64,000 nucleotides of DNA from the IMG/VR virus record IMGVR_UViG_3300025727_000005; one strand, written 5' to 3'. Source of the DNA: an uncultured virus (IMG/VR IMGVR_UViG_3300025727_000005). Lineage: Duplodnaviria > Heunggongvirae > Uroviricota > Caudoviricetes. Below, piece after piece: positions 10,912 to 21,000 of this stretch; within the stretch, counting starts at the first letter, position 1; every line of letters begins with the position of its first letter. A model generated the notes under the pieces. The model had not been told where the DNA came from. It did not search any database and worked only from the letters and a program-made list of their open reading frames with translations. The translations under genes were made by a program, and so were the position numbers.

Positions 10912-11769
10912 ATCATTGGTTTCACACAAGCCCCACCTAAAACAACCGATTTCATCTCTTCCTAGTTGTTCATCTGTGAAAAGTTCTTGTAATCCGTCTT
11001 GTTTCCCTTTAGCCCAAGATACCGCTTGCCTTATGTTTCCTTTCTTGAAGAAAGTGGCTTGACTCCCTCGCTCCTCAGATACTCTCTTCTCTAAGTTCTC
11101 TAAGTAGTCTATACGATCTGGATCTATTCTAGCCATATTACGAATGTCTGCTTTATTGGAGTATATACAAGGCCAACATCCAACTCTACTAGAACCCTTT
11201 AGATATAGAGGGTTTGGAGAAACACCGTTTTTCTGATGAATGTAAATCACATCTTCTTCTGACCATTCTAAAATAGGTCTGATTTGTGTCGCTTCGTCTT
11301 GCTCCTCTACATATCCAAAAGTAGATCTTCTGATCGACTCCCCTCTTCTAATACCTGTGATGTTAATGGGGAACTTTCGGTTCTTTAAGAAAACCTCCAC
11401 TGCGTAAGTTCGATAACTTACAAGTTTAAGCTCATTAGTACACCATTTTAAGCGTCCATTCGGGAACATTTTTTTCTGTAATACAGCACTCTCCATACCA
11501 TAAGCATGATCTTGGTAGTTGAGTTTTTCATTTTGAAGTTTGACTACTTCAACCCCCAAAATATCACTAAGGGTATCTACATACTTATATGTCAAAGGGT
11601 GTTCCCACCCAGTGTCGCAAAACACTGGAGTGAAAGGTATGTTATGTGTTTTTAACAACAACCCGACTGCTGTAGAGTCTTTTCCCCCACTACAACTTAA
11701 GATTAGAGGTCGATCTGTTTCTTTTAAGAATGCTATCGTTTCTTTTTCAGTGTTTAGTTCTAATGTCAT
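10909..11769 (-). CDS. PAPS-reductase-family (PP-loop) protein, possible DNA modification enzyme
   Basis: SCSGGKDS PP-loop, FCDTGWEHP, WCTNELK, GIRRGESIRR, RPILEWS, NPLY..GSSRVGCWPC. Confidence 0.85.
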   Translation of the reverse strand: MTLELNTEKETIAFLKETDRPLILSCSGGKDSTAVGLLLKTHNIPFTPVFCDTGWEHPLTYKYVDTLSDILGVEVVKLQNEKLNYQDHAYGMESAVLQKKMFPNGRLKWCTNELKLVSYRTYAVEVFLKNRKFPINITGIRRGESIRRSTFGYVEEQDEATQIRPILEWSEEDVIYIHQKNGVSPNPLYLKGSSRVGCWPCIYSNKADIRNMARIDPDRIDYLENLEKRVSEERGSQATFFKKGNIRQAVSWAKGKQDGLQELFTDEQLGRDEIGCFRWGLCETND

Positions 11770-11850
11770 TGTTCTACCTTTTTAAGAAGAGGTTTAATGA
11801 CATTATACTATTTAAGGTTTAATGACATTATTATACTATTTAAGGTTTAA
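11761..11850. repeat. ~25-bp tandem repeat carrying palindromic TAATGACATTA sites, upstream of and overlapping the PAPS-reductase start
   Basis: aggtttaatgacattatactattta at 11790-11814, variant at 11815-11842, partial at 11843-11850; palindromes at 11795-11805 and 11820-11830, imperfect copy at 11761-11771. Confidence 0.8.
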
Positions 11851-11960
11851 AATAATCGAATAACCTTTTCCAATCAAGAGGGTGTTTTAATCTGCCGAAC
11901 TAGTTGTAAGCGATCTTTTGGATCATCTGGTAGGAGATGTGACATCCAACTTGGTGGATT
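11840..11960 (-). pseudogene. possible 3' gene remnant with 1-bp frameshift
   Basis: reads NPPSWMSHLLPDDPKDRLQLVRQIK / HPLDWKRLFDYFKP* if one A is removed. Confidence 0.3.
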
Positions 11961-12874
11961 TAATAATACAGTCTTCTCATAGGTCTAGTGATTGGGCTTG
12001 GTCTTCTAACAAAACCATCGTCAAGTCTAGCAAATCTTTTCTTTTCAACAGGGTACTTTTTAACTTTAGCTCTGTACTTTGTACCTAACTTGCCCTCTAC
12101 TTTACCTAGAACTTCACCTCTAGCGATTTCTACAGCCTTAACACCTGCTGGGTTCGCCAACTTACCATAAGCACTTGCACCCACAAAAAGACCTGTATCT
12201 TGATCTTCCCAAAGAACAAAGAAATGGAACTGACCTGCTCTTGAACCTACTCCCTCTAAATACATTGTACCAATCTCATTATAGTTAGATACACCTGTTT
12301 TACTTTCAAGTGCTTGGTAAGCCGATCTGGATAACGCTTCTGTTTTTGATAAATTATCAGAAGAAATCTCGTTATCAAGTTCCTTTTGTTTCTTATAGTT
12401 CTCTCTTCTTCTTGCCTTATCTTCACCCATAGCTTTAGGTTTCGATCTTGGTTCTCTCAAAAACCACCCTTGATCTTCGGCGTGTTCAGCTTCGCCCACA
12501 TAACCAGGTTTACCAGACTTTCCCCAACACTCTTTGTGGAAAACTGAAAAAGGAGCATTTTTCGCACTGCCGAGAGGTAGTCGTTTACCATTCATATTAT
12601 AGTATCCGTCATAAGCCTCATCAATCTCAACTTTGCCGTTTGGGTGGACAACGACCAACTCACTCATCCATTTAGACTTATCAGACCATGCTTTAGGTTG
12701 TTTTGGAGTACGAACACCTGGGATAACAGGTAGGGGTGTTGTGTCCCATTTAAAGTGGGAAATGATAGACTTGCCACAAGCCATACATTTCCAAGAACTG
12801 AACCCTGCTGTTTTTTCAAGACGAGCGACCCTTGTTTCAAGATTATGGATAATTTCTGATGCTGATCTTCTCAT
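11960..12874 (-). CDS. MRRSASE-leader protein 3: Cys/His zinc-binding-like domain plus WGR-like domain
   Basis: leader MRRSASEIIHNLETRVARLEKTA; CMAC...HKEC; C-terminal FHFFVLW...AYGKL...KYRAKVKKY resembles WGR. Confidence 0.8.
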   Translation of the reverse strand: MRRSASEIIHNLETRVARLEKTAGFSSWKCMACGKSIISHFKWDTTPLPVIPGVRTPKQPKAWSDKSKWMSELVVVHPNGKVEIDEAYDGYYNMNGKRLPLGSAKNAPFSVFHKECWGKSGKPGYVGEAEHAEDQGWFLREPRSKPKAMGEDKARRRENYKKQKELDNEISSDNLSKTEALSRSAYQALESKTGVSNYNEIGTMYLEGVGSRAGQFHFFVLWEDQDTGLFVGASAYGKLANPAGVKAVEIARGEVLGKVEGKLGTKYRAKVKKYPVEKKRFARLDDGFVRRPSPITRPMRRLYY

Positions 12875-12917
12875 AATGGTTTTCTCCTTTGGGTTTAAAT
12901 CATATAAACATGGTGAC

Positions 12918-12932
12918 CAATAAACAAATTAC
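12918..12932 (-). promoter_or_regulatory. putative late promoter variant (GTAATTTGTTTATTG)
   Basis: recurrent motif 44 nt upstream of leader ATG. Confidence 0.5.
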
Positions 12933-12947
12933 AAAAGGATTTGAATC

Positions 12948-13205
12948 ATGACGAGAGGTAGAAATAAAACACCCGCAGAGAGAGCGTTGGAGGTCATCTG
13001 TACTATGGCTGGTGTCTCATTTGAAGAGTTCGAGGAGCAACTTAAGAAGTCTCAAGGAAACACAGCGACTGAGAGAGCGTTTCCCGAATCCTCATATAAA
13101 ATGGTCAAGACGAACTACTTTAAGAACAGTTCAATCAGCCAACAGGAATGGAAAGACCTGTATCAGCACATCACCAACCCGAAGAGCAACTTTGGGGCTA
13201 ACTAA
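12948..13205 (+). CDS. hypothetical protein
   Basis: AAAGGA RBS; 85 aa. Confidence 0.65.
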   Translation: MTRGRNKTPAERALEVICTMAGVSFEEFEEQLKKSQGNTATERAFPESSYKMVKTNYFKNSSISQQEWKDLYQHITNPKSNFGAN

Positions 13206-13276
13206 TGCCTTTAATCATATAAGAAAGATATCTACAAACCACTACTGTTCCAATATGAGAAACAGGAGATGAAAAT

Positions 13277-13645
13277 ATGAGTAATAACTTTAGACCCAAG
13301 CGAGGTTCAAGTTTCTTCCTTAAATCAATGCCCCGATCACAGTATGCGTTCGGGATCTGTCTGTCCTCTAAGTCTGATGAAGATGACGAGTATAAGATCA
13401 TTCGCACAGATTTTGCAGATAATCCTTCGGAAGCTCTCAAACTCGCACTCGTACACACAGATATGTTCGACTTCCAAGACACTGACCTTTACGGTGTGGT
13501 CGAGTGGGATAAGACGATTGTTAAATCTCTGTCCCGTAAGCAACTTTTTGGTAAAGGTCTTGAGGTTCGTTTACTCACACATGACCAAGAGCAACCCTCC
13601 CCTTTTGTCGAGGAAAGCGTAGAAACTCTCTTCATCGAGGATTAG
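13277..13645 (+). CDS. hypothetical protein
   Basis: AGGAG RBS; 122 aa. Confidence 0.7.
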   Translation: MSNNFRPKRGSSFFLKSMPRSQYAFGICLSSKSDEDDEYKIIRTDFADNPSEALKLALVHTDMFDFQDTDLYGVVEWDKTIVKSLSRKQLFGKGLEVRLLTHDQEQPSPFVEESVETLFIED

Positions 13646-13687
13646 GTTTGTAACCCCTTGTCTATTAAGTCTTGAAAGGACAACACT

Positions 13688-13975
13688 ATGAAAACACTTA
13701 CACTTTTTTTTCTTCTTCTTTCCACTGCCTGTACCGATGCTACTTGGGATAAGTACGCTGTCTTAGGGAATAAGGCAGAGGTCAAGTGCTACTCTGGCCC
13801 CTTGCTTATCTTTCATGGGGTCAGCACAGGAAAGATAAGCAATGAGCAAAACAGCGATGGCTACTTTGCTCGATGGAATGTCATCTCTGTAGACGGAAAA
13901 TGGAAACACATCGACACTACTAAGCCTGTTAGTGCAGGTGTAAGTGGGAACTGCACAATCATCTACATCGACTAA
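13688..13975 (+). CDS. putative lipoprotein
   Basis: MKTLTLFFLLLSTAC signal with lipobox-like Cys; GAAAGGA RBS. Confidence 0.65.
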   Translation: MKTLTLFFLLLSTACTDATWDKYAVLGNKAEVKCYSGPLLIFHGVSTGKISNEQNSDGYFARWNVISVDGKWKHIDTTKPVSAGVSGNCTIIYID

Positions 13976-14017
13976 GCAAGGATCTTATTCATATCACTAT
14001 ATAAAGGAGAACCGAAT

Positions 14018-14485
14018 ATGAACCAGCAAGCCATTGACGCAAAGATCAAAGAGACACAATCTAAGATCAAAGAGTTGCATCCCAACTCTTGCACCTCATG
14101 TTCGGGTAGAGGTGGTCGGATAGTCCCTTCTTGGGAAGACAGTCGAGACATCGTACTATGTGGTGGGTGTGTCCTCAAAGGACTTGACCCCCTCGACATG
14201 ACCAAAGATCTCATCCCCTTTGATTATGAGGGGGAGTACGGTACAGAATATATCGAGGAATGCATCCTTGATGGATATGACCCCCGTGAGGTCTCTGAAA
14301 TGAATGGTCTTGAACTAGAGGATCACTATAAAAATTGCACCTCACCAACTCTAAGTGAGGGGATACTTTATGGGGCGTGGACAGGATTGCCTACCTTAGT
14401 TCAAAATCTGCTCGACCTAAAAGAAGAGATTCATCAAATACAAAAGAGGTATGCGAACCTCGTATTATCGGAGGACATAAAATGA
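14018..14485 (+). CDS. hypothetical protein with CxxC...CxxC zinc finger
   Basis: CTSCSGRGG...CGGC; AAAGGAG RBS. Confidence 0.7.
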   Translation: MNQQAIDAKIKETQSKIKELHPNSCTSCSGRGGRIVPSWEDSRDIVLCGGCVLKGLDPLDMTKDLIPFDYEGEYGTEYIEECILDGYDPREVSEMNGLELEDHYKNCTSPTLSEGILYGAWTGLPTLVQNLLDLKEEIHQIQKRYANLVLSEDIK

Positions 14486-14877
14486 AAGAGATCAAAGCAA
14501 AAATCCAAGACATAATGGAAGCCTACCCTAACATGAACATTGAGGGTATCTCACTGCCCATATTGTACACTAAGAGGGAGTCTCCTGCTCAACGCAAAGA
14601 ACGACTCCAAATGCTTCGAGAATCTCTCTTAACTGATGTTGGGTGTGTAGAGGTGGCTACTGTCATAAAGTGGCTCAGAACCTCAAATAAGGCTCGTAGA
14701 ACTAAACTGATGAACACTAAGTACAGTAGCTTTGGTCTAAAGACTTATGTAGAACAAGATATGGGTGTTGGAATCTCTAATGGTTCATTCATCGTAGGGG
14801 CGATGATTTGTGGATGCCGAGCCGAGCAAGTAAAAGCCTCAGAGAACGCACACCTCAACTTAAGGGTTAAAGGTTAG
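14482..14877 (+). CDS. hypothetical protein
   Basis: start MKEIKAK with GGAGGA RBS and ATGA overlap. Confidence 0.7.
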   Translation: MKEIKAKIQDIMEAYPNMNIEGISLPILYTKRESPAQRKERLQMLRESLLTDVGCVEVATVIKWLRTSNKARRTKLMNTKYSSFGLKTYVEQDMGVGISNGSFIVGAMICGCRAEQVKASENAHLNLRVKG

Positions 14878-15167
14878 CCCTCAACTCTTAGGGAGATCTC
14901 ATCTCGAAGAACAGGTTCAACTAAAGCAAAGATCGCTTCATCTAAAGACTCGTGTGTGGATTTATTCTCAAGGTAGACAACAACCCACTCTGAGGCATCC
15001 CTCCTAAGCACCACACTCAAACCTCGCTCGGTAATCAATGTGATGGAGGTAGGGGAGAGGTTTAAACGCACCCTAAGAGCAGTTTCTACCCCCCCTCTAG
15101 GGAAACTACCCAATGGGGCAGAAAACAAGCTCTTAACGATTTTTATGGCTTCATTTAGTGTTCTCAT
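14874..15167 (-). CDS. hypothetical protein
   Basis: start MRTLNEA with strong GAAGGAGGTG RBS; promoter-like motif at 15194-15208. Confidence 0.6.
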   Translation of the reverse strand: MRTLNEAIKIVKSLFSAPLGSFPRGGVETALRVRLNLSPTSITLITERGLSVVLRRDASEWVVVYLENKSTHESLDEAIFALVEPVLRDEISLRVEG

Positions 15168-15296
15168 AGACACCTCCTTCATATAAGGATTGATGATAGA
15201 TAATCTATGAGGAGATAGAGTAATGTGTAACCCCTTATCTATGAGATAATATAAGGGGTCGATAACCGACCACACCACTCCCAAACGGAGAACAAA

Positions 15297-15788
15297 ATGA
15301 ATACTCTAAAAACCAAAATCGCATCCAGCCTCTCAGTCACCTCAGCCATCATGCTAGTGATCATCCCGATGGTCATGGTTGTGTCTTGCATAGACACATT
15401 CAATAATGATTTGGGGGGGATCGAGGACGAGATTAGAGAGATCAACCGATCTGTCCAAGCTCAGATGTATGTCTGTGATGGTATCGAAGAGCCTGTCTAC
15501 TATCGGGGGAGGAAAAGGTACAACGGGAATCACACCCGTTATCACAGGTACCAGTCAACAACGACTGGTCAAATGTATCGCCCCCGCCACAGACCCATCT
15601 GTCAAGAGTTAGGGGAAAGACCTTTCACAGAAGATAACCTTGAGCGAATCGCACAACTCAACTCTGAGATTTGCAAGGAAGGTGACGACCTATGGTACAG
15701 AAACTTGTGGTTCATCTGTCTTTGGGTCTTCTTCCTTGGATTCAATTTCTACCTCCATAGGGGAGATCGTAAACAACCTCGATTATAA
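15297..15788 (+). CDS. membrane protein (N- and C-terminal hydrophobic segments)
   Basis: GGAG RBS; AIMLVIIPMVMVV and LWFICLWVFFLGF segments. Confidence 0.7.
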   Translation: MNTLKTKIASSLSVTSAIMLVIIPMVMVVSCIDTFNNDLGGIEDEIREINRSVQAQMYVCDGIEEPVYYRGRKRYNGNHTRYHRYQSTTTGQMYRPRHRPICQELGERPFTEDNLERIAQLNSEICKEGDDLWYRNLWFICLWVFFLGFNFYLHRGDRKQPRL

Positions 15789-15790
15789 TG

Positions 15791-18094
15791 TTAAGGGGTG
15801 ATCGCTAGGTTCTGACCTCTAGGTGGGCAGAAGGTCAAGAAAGGTATCCCCAAAATTGGATGGATGTCCGACCCACATATGATAGGGCCAACTGACGCTC
15901 CTGGCGAACCAATCACTACAGATGCTCCACTGATAGACACATTAGCGTTTCCCCTTAACGCAACCACATTAGCTGTCATCGCAATGACTGTACCTGCTGT
16001 GGCTACAACTGCACCAGCAGGAGCAAGGAACTTAGTGCCTGTAGGATCAGTCATTTGAACAGTCGTTCCCACAACTGTTTGGTCAGACCCTGCCACAATG
16101 GTTTTAGTCTCTGTACCTACAGCAATCGTCTTAGTGTTCGTAGCAGGCCCAATGTATATTTCTGACTTACCTCCAAACGCATTGGTGTATGAGTCAGAGG
16201 GTAAACCTGCACCACCCGTTACAGGAGACTCGGTTACTGTTACTTTACGAGCTGGTGATGCCAACGCATTAAACCCTGCTGGTCCTCCACACACTTGCTC
16301 AAAGCTACCCATTGAGGATTGCTTAATCGTGTCTGCTGTCTGTGATAATCCTGCACCAGTATTAAACTCCATTTGATCTGACGAAGCTAACCTTACTTGA
16401 CCGACCTGTGAGAAATCTACAATAGGAGCTTTGAACGCTATTGCTGTACCCGACTGTATGCTAATCCTTTTAGTTCCTTTGATGATGACTGATACTGAAG
16501 CATCCGAACCATCTAAGGGATCTCCCTCCTCACTACCCGAACCATTGACTTCAACAGCCCCTAAAGAGCTAATGGTCGTCTTTGTTGTGGTTGCGAAGGT
16601 TGATTTATCACTCTGCACAAGCAGGTCATTATTAACCTCTAACAACGCTCCACCCTCTACTCTAGCTTCCATAGCATCTTGTGAAGGACTAGAAATGTTA
16701 GCCTTGAACTTCCCTCCTTTTGTGAAGGACACAAAAGAGTCGGCTATATTAGGTACGACAGGTGTAACTCTTAAAAGAGTAGCGGCATGATCCGAGAATG
16801 GTGTAGATTCATTCGCCACACCAAGCGTTGTTAAAGAAGGTACGACAGGTAGTCCGTAGTCCTCTTTACCCTTCGCTGAAAAAGCATCGTTGCCTACAGG
16901 TGTTCCTAACACCCACTCAATAAATGGAGGTGCGTTATTTACATCAGGTCGATTACTTGCCCTATCGGAATCAAACCCATCTGTCTGTTCTGTCACAGGC
17001 AGACTTCCATCTGCCGTGTGATTCATTTCTATACGATACTCGGTAAAGGCTAGACCGTTATTAAAAGCATTTTTACCAAACTCATTACCAACACGAAGGA
17101 TAGACTTCCCACCATAAATGATGTCGCCTTCTCTGTTTAACTCATCATAGTTCTCATCCACAAACCCTGCGTTATACAAGAATACATACGGATCTAAATG
17201 CGTAGGGAAATCCCCATTAAAACCAGTACGCTCTCCCTCAATGTTTACACCTAACCCGTCAAAATCTTCTCTTTGAAAAACTGGGTGGGGCTGTAGTTCT
17301 CCTTGTTCTAAAGGGTTCTTGAAACCCTCACCACCACTGAAAGGGTTATAAGGATTACCCTCAGAGTCTATCTGTATGTCGGCATCCCACTTGATCCCGT
17401 CAGAGAACATCTCTCTCGGTAGAGTTCTAGCATCTCTCTGAACCATGCCTGCGTACACCCTAGCTCCCGACATCGCATGGAACTGTTGTAAAGACCTCAT
17501 CACAATCGCTTGGTCTTGATCCCTTATGATGATCTCATTGGCTCTCCTATTACTCAATAGAACGCTCTCATCAAGTACCATATCAGCCCCTTGAGATGAA
17601 CTCGCTCCTATATTGCCAGGTGAGAAATGTCTCATCTTATGTCGAACACGCTGATGGAAGTTTTGGACAATCTGTCTGTTCTTATTGTCCTCTAGGACAC
17701 CCTCTTGAGGATCAAACCCTTGAGTCATGTGCCAATCATGTCTAACCCAAGGTGTTGAAGGCCACCACGCTAATATCGCAGGTGTCTTACCCGCTGTACC
17801 TGCTCTCGTGTCATTCGCAAACCAACCCACAACACACTGATCCCCTATCTCTGGTATACCTCCCATAAAGTGTCGGTTGCCCATAGAGGGCATCAATAAC
17901 TCAACCCCTGTTAAAGCTCTCGTGTCCGCACCACTCCCGTTAAGGATTTCTAAAGTGCATCTCATCTCCTCCCAATGCATCTCTACAATCTGTGCAATGC
18001 ACATAGAGAGAGCTGACCAACCCCTACTTGAATCAGCAGACTTACTCTCAATCGCTTTCTGTTCCCTCATTAAATTTACATCAGTCATTATCAT
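15791..18094 (-). CDS. baseplate central spike (gp5/gpV/VgrG-like)
   Basis: N-terminal OB-fold-like PEIGDQCVVGW; C-terminal Gly/Thr/Val beta-helix-like repeats; follows hub gene. Confidence 0.65.
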   Translation of the reverse strand: MIMTDVNLMREQKAIESKSADSSRGWSALSMCIAQIVEMHWEEMRCTLEILNGSGADTRALTGVELLMPSMGNRHFMGGIPEIGDQCVVGWFANDTRAGTAGKTPAILAWWPSTPWVRHDWHMTQGFDPQEGVLEDNKNRQIVQNFHQRVRHKMRHFSPGNIGASSSQGADMVLDESVLLSNRRANEIIIRDQDQAIVMRSLQQFHAMSGARVYAGMVQRDARTLPREMFSDGIKWDADIQIDSEGNPYNPFSGGEGFKNPLEQGELQPHPVFQREDFDGLGVNIEGERTGFNGDFPTHLDPYVFLYNAGFVDENYDELNREGDIIYGGKSILRVGNEFGKNAFNNGLAFTEYRIEMNHTADGSLPVTEQTDGFDSDRASNRPDVNNAPPFIEWVLGTPVGNDAFSAKGKEDYGLPVVPSLTTLGVANESTPFSDHAATLLRVTPVVPNIADSFVSFTKGGKFKANISSPSQDAMEARVEGGALLEVNNDLLVQSDKSTFATTTKTTISSLGAVEVNGSGSEEGDPLDGSDASVSVIIKGTKRISIQSGTAIAFKAPIVDFSQVGQVRLASSDQMEFNTGAGLSQTADTIKQSSMGSFEQVCGGPAGFNALASPARKVTVTESPVTGGAGLPSDSYTNAFGGKSEIYIGPATNTKTIAVGTETKTIVAGSDQTVVGTTVQMTDPTGTKFLAPAGAVVATAGTVIAMTANVVALRGNANVSISGASVVIGSPGASVGPIICGSDIHPILGIPFLTFCPPRGQNLAITP

Positions 18095-21000
18095 CTCCTC
18101 CTACTCGTTTTGAGGCGGCTTTAATTGCTTTTGCTTGATCACTTAGTTGATCTAAACCTGCACTTGCACTTGAAACTGCTCCTGCAAATGGATTTCTAAA
18201 CGATGTCTGTAAGGTATCTGCGTCTTCATCTACCTCAGTAAATGAAGATAGCAAGCGATTGTTACCTCGATTGTTAAAATCAAATCCATCACCAAAACCA
18301 CTTGAAGTAGCAAAACCCCCTTGACCTGGTGGCACTCTCTCGATATTTTCACCTCGTAAAGCTGTCTGATGCTCTCTCCATTCAACTGATTTCTTCTCGG
18401 TCATATTTCTAATGCCTCTCAGTGCTGGGTTCTCAATCTCTAAGAAGTTGTCTAAGTCTAATGACCCCTCCAATAAGATTGCGTCTGTGCTGTGTATTCT
18501 ACATTCGCAAACCACATTCCCATCTTCACTAGGGTAAATCTCTGAAAGAGCTGAAGGGATGTTCGTAATGATCTGTTCATCACTACGAGTCATTAACCTA
18601 TTCGCTAACACACTCGCATCATCCTTGGTTATTGCGTTATCATCTGTATCTCGTTTTTCTGCGTCTAACCCTAACCCAACCCTAAGACGATCTCTATCTT
18701 CTGCTGATAGAGACATTACTCTGCGTATATACTGTTGCTTCAATCTCTTTCTAAAATCTGTTTGGTTACTGGCTTCATCTAAGTTATCCATCGCTTCATC
18801 TAACCCTTTCGGAGTCAATACCTGTGAGGGATCTTGCCTTAAAAGAGCGTCAAATAATGTGCCTCTTGAGGGGCTTAAACCACGACCATATTGATACGCC
18901 CCAAATACCTCATACCCCTTAGCATCAGAAATAGGGAAGATTGGTGTGATGGTAGGAGTCGTATCTTTTTTCGTTGTGTATGTAGTCCCACTGAGTTCTA
19001 CCGTACCCAAATCTGCTGTAGGGAGGATCGTATTTGGTTTAATCGTTCTATATACAAAACCCCTCACCGCAGTTATTAACTCTTCTTGCGTTTTGACATT
19101 TGCTTCTGTGGGGTTTGCAGTTAGCTCTTTCCATTTATCTTCATTGTACGCAAGCTTTACTTTCTCTTTAGTCAACTTTCTAAGAGCATATACGATGACG
19201 GAAGCAAAGTGGCTGGCCAACGAGTTTGTATTTGTGACTACTTTACCCGCCCGACTCCGTTTAGCAGTTGGAGGGAACTTAATGTCTAGTCCTGTACTTT
19301 TACTTTTTTTAGAAGAGGCTAAGGTTTCCGTTGTTCCTGCAAAGATCTCTGTACCATTTGCAAAGTAATCACTTGCTTCTGCACTATCCCAATTCGCTAC
19401 AGGAAAGTCGATTCTAAGAAGAGGTACTTTCAGTTTGTCTATTTTAGGGTCTGCTGATGCATTGAAGAATCTTTCAATGATAGTACCAGCCTTTGTATTT
19501 TGATTGAAGTTTTTTGCTTTAAGCAATGCACCTTTAATATGTCTATACAAACCCTCCCAATACTCAGTTCCTGGTTTATAGTTCCTTTGAAACCAAACCT
19601 GTGAGATTTTAAGTATAGGGCCTTTTGACTTACTTACAGAGAATTGACTAGTAACTTGAAAAGACAAAGATGTGATGTCTTTAGTCGGCACATACTCTAC
19701 ACCATTAGAATACATTGTTTTCGTCATCAAACCCCTAACGATCTGTCCACGAGTGGATGAATCATTGCCGAAGACAACGGTATCCCCATCTCCATCGGGT
19801 TTAGCCTTGACTACATTATCCTTAACAGTGTCGGGTACATTGTCATTGAAACGAAGTTCGGGAACTTCTCTTTGTGTGTCTATGTTGTACTCAGTCAACT
19901 CTGGACCTTGATGTTCGGGACTTGGGTGTGATGATGAATAGTATCTAAAGTAACCCTGTGCTTTCGGAACAAAGCTCGATTTCTTATCCGAGAGAGCTGA
20001 CATCAAGTTCTGTAAGGGAGAGTTGCTAGGATTACGACCCTGTGGTGATTGGATAAGGTAAATAAGGTCAAGGATCGTAGCTGTATTAGATTCCCCTGTA
20101 GGGTTGGGGTTTTTCTTTGTGCCTGCTTCACCATAGACACCTGCTGTACCTACTGCCTTCTGGATGTCGCCCTGTACTGATTCCAATCTATTAGCTTCTT
20201 TTTTCCTTGCTTTTTCAACCTTCGCGGATTGACCCCCTTTCCCTATCGCCAATGCGGCATTCCCTGCGTCCTTACGAGATTTATCCGTAATCGTCTTTAA
20301 CTCTGCTGTGCCTGCAATCTCACCCTTCACTAAAGGAAGCACTACTTTTCTTGGTGCAGACCCATCACTTGAAGGGACCATTAAAAACCAAGGGCCTTTA
20401 CGAAGATCCACATTAGGCTCTGCATTGAGAATACCCAATCGCATACCCTCATTGATAATCATGTTCCTATAACGCACACGCTCCTTTGGTTTTTTACCTC
20501 CTATGTTATGGAAGTCTGGTGTATAGAACAACATACTTGGACTAATGTTCTGGTGGTCAAAAGCCATGACCACATTGGGGAATCCAGTGATCTTTTTATA
20601 AGCAACATCACTGTCTTGTGATTGAGCATTAATTTGTCTGCTACCCTCATCTGTTCGATCATACCTCTTGTAAATATATCTTTCGGGTAACTCGGTGCGA
20701 CCTAGATCTACTGCACGAGAAGGATCATCCCTATACTTAACTGAAGCATCTCCTGGTGGAATAAACTTTTTACGCTGACAAGTTAAGGTAAGCGATGTCG
20801 TGCATGAGCCACCATAACTGAATGAATGATTGATTGATTCCACATAATAATAGCAATCGTTCTCCTCAATGTAGACAGGATATCCTGCTTTCATTTCGGG
20901 TCTTAGAGGAATGGTCACACTACACCCCTCTGTCGTCTTATTTTGCTTGTCTAATTCTACAGCCGCCGCATAGTATGCTTGCCTTCCATTACTGTAAAAA

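Noticed and set aside
10909..11769. Sulfate assimilation cysH or a complete phosphorothioation (dnd/ssp) system
   Set aside because: No partner cys, dnd or ssp genes in the window; only the family-level call is supported.
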